Assembly: GCA_035400585.1 (NCBI GenBank)
Contig: DAOMZR010000002.1
Span: forward strand, 79,364-143,363
Origin: a bacterium
Lineage (GTDB): Bacteria; Patescibacteriota; Patescibacteriia; Patescibacteriales; UBA12465
Reading direction: 5' to 3'
Length of the DNA stretch: 64,000 nt
Position numbers and translations under genes: made by a program. The notes below the pieces were generated by a model, which was not told the origin of the DNA, made no database searches, and saw nothing but the letters and a program-made list of their open reading frames with translations. Below, piece by piece: positions 10,071-18,700 of the stretch (positions within the stretch are counted from its first letter, which is position 1; each line of letters begins with the position of its first letter).

Positions 10071-10499
10071 TTACTCCCACTCATAATAACCCGCCCCTTC
10101 ACTTTCTAAATAATTTTTATTTAATCTTCTTAAAACAAACAAGGTTATTGACCAGGCAAAAGTTATAATAACCAAGCCTATTATCGCATTTTTTAAAATA
10201 CTTTTAGCGCTAGAAATAGCATCTTCATTACCGGCCGAGGTCATCCATCTAAATCCAGCATAAATTATTAAAATTATGGTAATTATACCTAAAACAGCTA
10301 AAATTGAGTTTATAATTTTTACAATTCTATATCTGATATCTGTTGGAGAGTTTTTACTCTCACCGAAAGCCGTGGCTACACTACCATCAAGCATATTTTG
10401 CTGTTCCCACAAATTAGTAGCGCCAACACCGCTAGCAGAAACAAATAGCAAAGACAAAGAAAACAAACCAATAGTTAAAAATTTTTTAGCTTTTTTCAT
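10071..10499 (-). CDS. VirB2/TrbC-like type IV secretion system pilin family protein
   Basis: Signal peptide followed by two TM helices with IIYAGFRWMTSAGNEDAISSAKSILKNAIIGLVII. This pattern is typical of T4SS_pilin (PF18895-like) proteins common in CPR. Confidence 0.6.
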   Translation of the reverse strand: MKKAKKFLTIGLFSLSLLFVSASGVGATNLWEQQNMLDGSVATAFGESKNSPTDIRYRIVKIINSILAVLGIITIILIIYAGFRWMTSAGNEDAISSAKSILKNAIIGLVIITFAWSITLFVLRRLNKNYLESEGAGYYEWE

Positions 10500-10592
10500 A
10501 AAATTATGATAATATTTTTATAAGCTCTTAAATAGTAAATTTAAGTTGATTGTAATAATATTATATATTATCTATTCTAAAAAAACAATAAA

Positions 10593-12032
10593 ATGGAGTT
10601 AAAAAGAAAAATAGCCAAAAATACTTTGGTTCAAATTATAGGAAAAGCATTATCAACCGTATTGGGAATAATATCCTTGGCTATTATGGCCAGATATTTG
10701 GGGGCTAGTGGTTTTGGCGAATATTCCACAATTATTACTTTTGTTTCTTTTTTTGCCATGTCGGCTGATTTGGGACTAACTCTAATAAGTGCTCAAATGA
10801 TTAGCAACCCAGAAGAAAATCAGGATAAAGCCTTAAGCAATCTTTTTACTCTCAGATTTTTTTCAGCCTTAATCATAATAGGACTAGCTCCTTTAAGTGT
10901 TATTTTCTTTCCCTATGATTCAGGAATAAAAACGGGAGTTTTGATATCAACTTTAATCTTTATCTTTCCGGCCCTTAATCAAATTCCAACTGCTTTATTT
11001 CAAAAAAACCTAAAAATGGAAAAGGTGATGGCCTCAGAAGTTCTTTCTAAAACTTTCTTGGTTGGTTTTATATCTTTGTTTGCCAAACTAGACACCGGTT
11101 TAAATGGAATGCTGTGGGCTTCTGTTTTTGGATCTCTTATTGGTTTTATTATTCTTTGGTCTTATGGACAAAAAACAGCTAAAATAAAACTGGAATTTGA
11201 TTTTAATTTTTGGAAAAAAATAATTAAAAAAAGCTGGCCGCTAGCTACAACCATTATTTTGAATTTACTATACTTAAAGGGGGATGTTTTAATTTTGTCT
11301 TTATTCAAAAATAATCAAGAAGTTGGAATATATGGCGCTTCTTATAGAGCAATTGAAGTTATTGGGACGCTCCCCTATATGTTCGCTGGAATAATGTTAC
11401 CAATTTTCACTGCCAGCTGGATAAAACAAGAAAAAGAATTTTTAAATAAAGTAATGCAAAAATCTTTTGATTTTATGTTGATTTTAGCCCTACCATTAAT
11501 GGTTGGCACTCAATTTATAGCTGGTAAAATAATGACTATGATTGCTGGACAAGATTTTAGCGCCAGCGGAAGACCATTACAAATTCTTATAGTTTCAACT
11601 TCCTTGTTGTTTGTTAGTTCGGTTTTTTCTCACATCATAATTGCAATTGAAAAACAAAAAAAAGTTATTTCTCTTTATCTTTTTACAACCATCACTTCTT
11701 TGATTCTATATTTTCTTTTGATACCAAAATATTCCTATTTAGGTGGAGCCCTTGTCACAATCTACAGTAATGTGGTAATTTTGCTAGGCACAATTTGGGT
11801 CGTAAAAAAATATACTGATTTTCTGCCAAAAACACAAACACTAGGAAAATCAACCTTAGCTGTTATTGGCATGGCTATTTTAATGTTTTTAATACCCAAA
11901 GAATATTACAATAACAATTTTTTAATTTTACTAATTGTGGGTTTAGCTGCTTTATTCTATTTCTCCTTGTTGTATATTCTGGGCGGAATAAACAAAGAAG
12001 ATTTAAAAACATTTACTCCTAAAATAAAATAG
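10593..12032 (+). CDS. polysaccharide/lipid-linked oligosaccharide flippase (MOP superfamily, Wzx/MurJ-like)
   Basis: 479 aa with about 12-14 TM segments. N-terminus KNTLVQIIGKALSTVLGIISLAIMARYLGASGFGEY is typical of the polysaccharide biosynthesis protein family. Confidence 0.75.
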   Translation: MELKRKIAKNTLVQIIGKALSTVLGIISLAIMARYLGASGFGEYSTIITFVSFFAMSADLGLTLISAQMISNPEENQDKALSNLFTLRFFSALIIIGLAPLSVIFFPYDSGIKTGVLISTLIFIFPALNQIPTALFQKNLKMEKVMASEVLSKTFLVGFISLFAKLDTGLNGMLWASVFGSLIGFIILWSYGQKTAKIKLEFDFNFWKKIIKKSWPLATTIILNLLYLKGDVLILSLFKNNQEVGIYGASYRAIEVIGTLPYMFAGIMLPIFTASWIKQEKEFLNKVMQKSFDFMLILALPLMVGTQFIAGKIMTMIAGQDFSASGRPLQILIVSTSLLFVSSVFSHIIIAIEKQKKVISLYLFTTITSLILYFLLIPKYSYLGGALVTIYSNVVILLGTIWVVKKYTDFLPKTQTLGKSTLAVIGMAILMFLIPKEYYNNNFLILLIVGLAALFYFSLLYILGGINKEDLKTFTPKIK

Positions 12033-12033
12033 T

Positions 12034-12927
12034 ATGAATATCGAAATAATTTCAGATCAAAAAGATTATTTGGTGGTTAAAAAACCAGCCGGATTAATAG
12101 TGCACGGTGGCAAAGGTATAAAAGAAAAAACCCTATGTGATTGGTTGATAGAAAAATATCCGGAAATAGCTAAAGTCGGCGACGATCCTCAAAGACCAGG
12201 CATAGTTCATAGATTAGATAAAGAAGCTAGTGGATTAATGATTATACCCAAGAACAATGAAACTTTTGAATTTTTCAAAAATCAATTTAAAAAAAGAAAA
12301 ATAAAAAAAGAGTATTTAGCTTTGGTTTGTGGAAAAATTAATAAAGAGTTTGGTATTATCGATTTTCCAATTAAAAGATCGTCTCAGGGATTCAAAATGG
12401 CAGCCATCCCATCACCTAAAAATGAAAATGAATTGGAACTATTAAGAAGTGGGCGAGGTGAATATGCTAATTACTTAGAAGAGTATAATAAAATTAACGG
12501 AGATAATAATTCTGAAAAAAATCATTCCGAAGAAACGGACGGAGAAATAGAAGAAAACCCAGAAGAAGATGATAAAAAAATAAACAACCGAGCTGAGGGT
12601 AGTTTAAAAGCTTTGAAAAAGTCTCGTCAGGCAATTACCGAATTTAAAGTTGTTAAAAAATTTATAAATTTTACTCTGATTAGAGCTATAATTAAAACTG
12701 GTCGAACCCATCAAATTCGTGTTCATTTTTTTGCTTATGGTCATCCACTTTTGGGAGATAATTTATATAAAAATAAAAAGTCAAAAATACAAAACCAAAA
12801 AGTAAAACCAGGAAGAATATTTTTAGTAGCCGACACCCTTGGTTTTGAAGACTTAAATGGTGAGTGGCAAGAATTTAAAATTGAAATGGATGAAGATTTA
12901 AAAAATATTTTGAATAGAATTAAATAA
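12034..12927 (+). CDS. RluA-family pseudouridine synthase with an acidic insertion
   Basis: Motifs VVKKPAGLIVHGG, catalytic HRLDKEASGLMII and GRTHQIRVH. Confidence 0.85.
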   Translation: MNIEIISDQKDYLVVKKPAGLIVHGGKGIKEKTLCDWLIEKYPEIAKVGDDPQRPGIVHRLDKEASGLMIIPKNNETFEFFKNQFKKRKIKKEYLALVCGKINKEFGIIDFPIKRSSQGFKMAAIPSPKNENELELLRSGRGEYANYLEEYNKINGDNNSEKNHSEETDGEIEENPEEDDKKINNRAEGSLKALKKSRQAITEFKVVKKFINFTLIRAIIKTGRTHQIRVHFFAYGHPLLGDNLYKNKKSKIQNQKVKPGRIFLVADTLGFEDLNGEWQEFKIEMDEDLKNILNRIK

Positions 12928-12953
12928 TTTTTTAAAACAAACCTAAACAAAAA

Positions 12954-12975
12954 AACCGCAAAAAGCGGTTTTTTT
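12954..12975 (+). terminator. rho-independent terminator
   Basis: AACCGC-AAAAA-GCGGTT followed by TTTTT. Confidence 0.8.
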
Positions 12976-13126
12976 GACTAAAATATTTGTTAGTATTTAA
13001 AAGTTGGAACAAAATATATTTAAAAATGAATAACTACTAACTATTTATTTTCAAATAATAAATATTTTAACAACCAATTATTCCTAGTTTAAAAAATCTT
13101 CACACTGCTTTTTTTATAATTATTTT

Positions 13127-14491
13127 ATGAAAAAAATGATTATAAAAGAAATATTTTTTTTAGCCTTGATTTTGTCTCCTAAAATATCATTGGCTCAAAA
13201 TTTGCCAATTGTTATTAACCAAGTTCTAATTGGACAAAATGAAGGAATTAAAAATGAATTTATAGAATTGTATAATCCCAACAATTTTCCATTAAATTTA
13301 GAAAGTTATAGTTTAAAAAAGAAAACTACTAGTGGATCCGAGTCCAATTTAGTTTCTAATAAAAAATTTATTGGGACAATTCCGGCTTTGGGATATTTTT
13401 TAATATCTAGTCCAGAATTTTTTTCTCAAATTAAAGCAGATCTTGTCTATTCTACAAGCAACTCTCTCTCCCCCGATAATTCACTTTTACTTTATAATCA
13501 AGACAGCATCTTGATTGATAAGCTTGGTTTTGGCAAAGCAAATGATTTTTATAAAAAACCAACCAATAATCCAGAAAATAACGATATTATTAAAAGAATA
13601 AACTTCAAAAAAGATAACCAAAATAATTTTGAAGATTTTAAAATTATTAAAGATGAGACTAAAGTTAGAAACTCTCAAAACGAAATAATTACGATTAAAA
13701 ATATTGGCGAAAACACAGTTAAAAATAAAACCACTATTGAGAAAAATATTATTAAAATTAGAATTGGAGAAATTAAGAATCTCGAAAATAATACTCAAAT
13801 TGAGGTTGAAGGAATTGCAGCCAACTTGCCAGGAGAGCTTGGTTCTCAATATTTTTATATTTTAGAAGAATCAGAAGAACAAAAAGAATATTTACCGGGA
13901 ATTCAAATATATAATTATTATAAAAAATTCCCCAACTTGAAAATTGGAGATAAAATAAAAGTTTCAGGAGAATTTAATATTACAGAATCAAACCACAGAA
14001 TAAAAACTAAAAATTTAGAAGATATAATAATTTTGTCTTCCAGCAACATTCTAGACGAAATAGATGTGACAGAAATATCATCTCTAAAAAATGTTCCGAT
14101 TGGCAATCTAGTAAAAATATCAGGGAAAATAGTTCAGAACAAAACCAATGCTATTTATTTAGACGACGACACTGGAGAAATATTAATAACCATTAAAAAG
14201 GGAACAAATATAGACAACAAATCGCTGCAAGAAAAAAATTATTACACGATAACAGGAATATTAAACATTAATAAAGAAAATTTGGAAATAATACCACTAT
14301 CGGATAAATTTATAAGCCCGTCAGAACAAAAAATGGAAAACAAAATGCCCGGAGAAATAATACAAGACAACCCTTTAATAATCGAATCTAGAAAAAAAGA
14401 GAAACAAAAAATAATAATTAAATATTTTATATTTATTTTTATCACGAGCTTGTTTTGTTTTTTTTATGGAAATAAAATAAAATTTATATAA
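13127..14491 (+). CDS. lamin tail domain (LTD)-containing surface protein with a C-terminal TM anchor
   Basis: Signal peptide, then an LTD pattern (VINQVLIGQNEGIKNEFIELYNPNNFPLNLESYSL...LISS). The C-terminal half has OB-barrel-like segments, followed by the TM IIIKYFIFIFITSLFCFFYG. Confidence 0.65.
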   Translation: MKKMIIKEIFFLALILSPKISLAQNLPIVINQVLIGQNEGIKNEFIELYNPNNFPLNLESYSLKKKTTSGSESNLVSNKKFIGTIPALGYFLISSPEFFSQIKADLVYSTSNSLSPDNSLLLYNQDSILIDKLGFGKANDFYKKPTNNPENNDIIKRINFKKDNQNNFEDFKIIKDETKVRNSQNEIITIKNIGENTVKNKTTIEKNIIKIRIGEIKNLENNTQIEVEGIAANLPGELGSQYFYILEESEEQKEYLPGIQIYNYYKKFPNLKIGDKIKVSGEFNITESNHRIKTKNLEDIIILSSSNILDEIDVTEISSLKNVPIGNLVKISGKIVQNKTNAIYLDDDTGEILITIKKGTNIDNKSLQEKNYYTITGILNINKENLEIIPLSDKFISPSEQKMENKMPGEIIQDNPLIIESRKKEKQKIIIKYFIFIFITSLFCFFYGNKIKFI

Positions 14492-14498
14492 AAAAATA

Positions 14499-14521
14499 AG
14501 AGCAGAATAATTTTCTGCTCT
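14499..14521. terminator. bidirectional terminator between convergent genes
   Basis: AGAGCAGAA-TAATT-TTCTGCTCT with A-run and T-run flanks. Confidence 0.75.
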
Positions 14522-14562
14522 TTAAATTTAATCGTCGTTTTCGCTTTCTCTTTGAGTTTTTC

Positions 14563-15099
14563 TTAATTGTCCAAAGTCATTCTTAAGCGTTTTAAGACAT
14601 AAACATTTTTTGTTCCTTTAACTAAAACTAATTCCCCCAAAAAATCTGATGACACAGGAAGCCCATTTTCTGTTCTTAAGCCATTACAATCTTCCTCAGC
14701 AAAATCATCATCATCGCAAGAAAAAAAATCTGATGATAAGGGGGTTACAGAAAGAGCTATAAGCTTTCTCTTTGAGTTTTTCTTAATTGTCCCCTCTACA
14801 ACAAGGCTGGATTTAATTGGATAATCGACCAAGAATAATTTAGTCTGGCAAAAACCATAATCAAACATAGCTCTTGTTTTAAGAGTTGAAAATTCATAGC
14901 CAACAACCTCTGAATTTGATAAATCAACATTCTGATGACGAATAAAATGAAGAATAACTGTTCTAGGAATATAAACAAGCACCTTCTCTTTTTGCGATCT
15001 GTTTTTAATATTTCTTTTTTCTAAAACAATACCAAGGGAAATAAAAATCATGGCCACAAAAAGAAGAACTACAACATACAAGAAAGCTTTATTTTTCAT
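14563..15099 (-). CDS. hypothetical membrane-anchored protein
   Basis: 178 aa with an N-terminal TM (AFLYVVVLLFVAMIFISLGIVL). No family recognised. Confidence 0.5.
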   Translation of the reverse strand: MKNKAFLYVVVLLFVAMIFISLGIVLEKRNIKNRSQKEKVLVYIPRTVILHFIRHQNVDLSNSEVVGYEFSTLKTRAMFDYGFCQTKLFLVDYPIKSSLVVEGTIKKNSKRKLIALSVTPLSSDFFSCDDDDFAEEDCNGLRTENGLPVSSDFLGELVLVKGTKNVYVLKRLRMTLDN

Positions 15100-15281
15100 T
15101 ATTTTTACATTTTTTTGTTAAACAACTATTAAATACTAACCATAATTTTCATTATAACATTAAAGTTGTTTTTTGTCAAGGACTTGTTCAGAAGACTAAT
15201 AATTGCTATTATTTATTTAGCTTTATAAGAACTAACATAAACTGCTAAACAATTTAAATTATTTAGCAAACAAAAAAAATT

Positions 15282-15728
15282 ATGGAACACAAACATGAAC
15301 ACAAGCACGAAGAAATAAAAGAAGAAAAAGTGAGTGAGGCTAAAAAACAACAACAAAAAGCTGTTTTTATAATAATCTCAGCTGTTGTTTTAGCTCTTTT
15401 GGCTTTATTAATTTTTAAATTTCCACCAAAAGAAAAAGGGAATCTAAGCATGGACGAAGCTAAAACCAAAACAGAGAAATTCATAAATGACAACTTGATG
15501 ATGCCCGGAACAAAAGCCACAATCACAAACATTGAAGAAGAATACGGTTTGTATAAAATAACAGTTGATGTTGGATCGGAAGAATCAATCGAATCTTATG
15601 TTGATAAAAAAGGAGCCATTTTTTATCCTCAAGCTTTTGACATCGATACCTACGTAAATCCTTATCTAAACGAAGAAACAATCGCCCCGGAAATAATTGC
15701 TACCGACACAGAAATAATAGTAGAGTAA
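15282..15728 (+). CDS. hypothetical membrane-anchored protein
   Basis: 148 aa with a His/Lys-rich N-terminus, a single TM and a small extracytoplasmic domain. Confidence 0.5.
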   Translation: MEHKHEHKHEEIKEEKVSEAKKQQQKAVFIIISAVVLALLALLIFKFPPKEKGNLSMDEAKTKTEKFINDNLMMPGTKATITNIEEEYGLYKITVDVGSEESIESYVDKKGAIFYPQAFDIDTYVNPYLNEETIAPEIIATDTEIIVE

Positions 15729-15744
15729 AAAATACAAACAAAAA

Positions 15745-15769
15745 ATAGACCGCTATGGTCTATTTTTTT
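15745..15769. terminator. bidirectional terminator
   Basis: ATAGACC-GCTAT-GGTCTAT followed by a T-run, with an A-run upstream. Confidence 0.75.
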
Positions 15770-15777
15770 ATTTTATA

Positions 15778-18700
15778 TTATTTAGAAGCTTCTATTAAAT
15801 TATTAAGTTCGGAGCCACAAGATTTGACAGAAATTCTGCCAGTGCTTAGTTTTTTTATTGCATAACCCGTCATATCGTCATCACCTGTTTTGGGATCAGA
15901 AGGAATTGATGGTAAATATTCTGGAACAAGATAAGAGCCAAGATTTAAACAATTGCTTTCCGTATAATCTTCTGCTAATCCACCTCCCATTTCAACCTTA
16001 CTAACAATTGGACTTAGAGATGAGTCTTCTGTAGATAAATAGATTTTGTATTGAAAATATTTATTTTTTGAAACATCTAGATTAAACAAGGCATTAGCGC
16101 TATTGTTATTAACTTCTTGACTATAAAACGAAGAATCGGAATTTCCTGGACCAACAAAAAGCGAATCAGAACAATCAGATAAAGAGCACGATCTTACTTG
16201 ATATTTTAAGCTTGTCACACTTCTTTTATAAATATTATTTATCTCAGTTGAACTTAATGGTTTGTTCCAGACAGCAACTTCATCTAAAAAGCCATCAAAA
16301 TATTCATCACTCGACAAAGACCCACCGCCAGACGAAGAACCATAAGATGATCCTATTAACAAATCATTGGTTCCTCCACCAAAACTGCCACTAACACTTT
16401 TGGATGCTTTTTCTAGGCCGTTAACATAAATTTTAATACTAGAGCCATCATAGACACCAACTAACTGATTGAACCTTCCATTGTTTAAATTAAAATTAGA
16501 ATAAACACTAGAGCCACTGCCAATAGAAAAAATTTTTCCTTCGTTATTAGTGCCGGCAAATATTTTCCCATCATGAACTGCCAAAGAATAAGTTATGCTA
16601 GCACTGCCAAGTTGACCGAGACCAGTCCAAGAAGTTCCTCCGTTATAGCGAAAAACTTGACCCAAATTATTTGTTGATCCATATAGACTGCCGTTATAAG
16701 AAATTAAAGAATAAGTATAGGTGGCCGTTCCCAACCTACCAACATCAACCCAAGTTGTTCCGCCGTCATAACGATATACGCGACCATTTGATCCTCCAGA
16801 ACCATACATTTTTCCATTATATACAGCTAAAGAGTAAACATAGGTTCCTGTTCCTAATCTTCCGACATCAGTCCAGGTTGTTCCACCGTCATAACGATAG
16901 ACACGTCCCGTTCCATAAGCTCCAACATATAATTTTCCACCGAAATCAACCATTGATCTTATTTGAGTGTTGGTAGCAATTTGACCTAAGCTAACCCAAT
17001 TATTATCACCATCGTAACGGAAGACCTGACCAGCATCATTGGTGCCAGCATAAAGCTTGCCATCATAAACTGCCAAAGAATAAACATAAGTTGCTACACC
17101 CAATCGACCAATGTCCACCCAATTATTATCACCTTCGTAACGATAAACTTTACCACTCGTACCTGTTCCGGCATAAAGTTGGCCGTTATAAATAGCAAGT
17201 GAATTAACATAAGTATTTGTACCTAAACGACCAGTACTTTGCCAACCCAAACTACCACCATATCTATAAACCCTACCAGAACCATAAGTTCCTGCGTACA
17301 AACTACCGCTATAAGAGATTAGTGAATTAACTTGAGATCCCAGTCCAAAATGACCAAGGCTGGTCCAAGAATTTGTTCCATTATATTTATAGACCAGCCC
17401 TTCATAATTTGTTCCGCCATAAAGAGATCCATTATATTCAACTAGACTATAAACATAAGTTGCCAGACCCAATCTTCCGACATCAGTCCAAATTGTTCCT
17501 CCATCATAACGATAAACCTTACCACTTGCACCACCACAACCATAAAGAGAGCCGTTATAAGAAATTAGAGAATAAACATAGGTATCAATGCCCAGTCGAC
17601 CAACATCTGTCCACGTATTTACACCGTTATATCTATAGACACGACCATTTCCTCTGTTTCCACCATATAAATTTCCATCATGAACAACCAAAGAATAAAT
17701 ATAAGTTCCTGTTCCTAATCTTCCGACATCAGTCCAGGTTGTTCCACCATCATAACGATAGACACGACCGGTACTGTATGTTCCAGCATAAAGCTTGCCA
17801 TTAAATTCAACCATTGACCAAACTTGAGTGTTGGTAGCAATTTGACCTAAGCTAACCCAATTATTATCACCATCGTAACGGAAGACCTGACCAGCATCAT
17901 TGGTGCCAGCATAAAGCTTGCCATCATAAACTGCCAAAGAATAAACATAAGTTGCTACACCCAATCGACCAATGTCCACCCAATTATTATCACCTTCGTA
18001 ACGATAAACTTTACCACTCGTACCTGTTCCGGCATAAAGTTGGCCGTTATATTCAACCATTGACCAAATATAAGTATTGGTTCCCAGTCTCCCGGTATCA
18101 ATCCAGTCATTATTTTCTTGATAACGGTAAACCCTACCAGAAGTAGCGGCAGCAACATATAAAGAACCATCAAAAACAATTGTTGAATTTACTTGTGATC
18201 CAATTCCAGGCCGACCAACATAGTTTATGTTTTCTAAGCCACTAAGCATTTCAAAGTAAGGAAAATTATCTGGTCCAATTTTTAAACTATAAGAACCCTT
18301 AGAAAATATGCTTTGTGTCTTTCCCGAAATATTGCTCCTAACCAAGGAGTGGAGACTTAATCCGCTACCAGGGTTTAAACTAGAATGGTTGCTTATTTTT
18401 AAATAAGAATTTAAACCATCAAAACCCAAGGACTTACCCAAAAGACCATCATTATTAAAAAACAAAGACCCCACAGAAGAAACGCTGTTATTTTGACAAG
18501 AATAGTCTGTGACTGGATTAGAGCTTTCATCAAGGTGCAACAATAAAGAATTGTTAGACATATTGATATTGCCAACCGTATAAGAAGTTTCTGATTGACA
18601 ATTGTTCAACAAATTTTTTTTGTAAGGCCCCTCTGGAAAAAAAGATATATTTTCCCAAAAAAAATCAGTAGCAGAGTTTTTAATATCTGACTCATAAAAA

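Noticed and set aside
14543-14792. The 30-bp repeat pair could be a DGR template/variable repeat pair.
   Set aside because: The copies are identical, with no adenine-specific differences. They are only 30 bp long, and there is no reverse transcriptase in the window.
16495-18216. The regular 123-bp tandem array could be a CRISPR-like or non-coding satellite.
   Set aside because: The period is a multiple of 3 and the array lies entirely in-frame within a 1116-aa ORF. The units are all related to each other, with no repeat-spacer alternation. They encode a conserved 41-aa motif.
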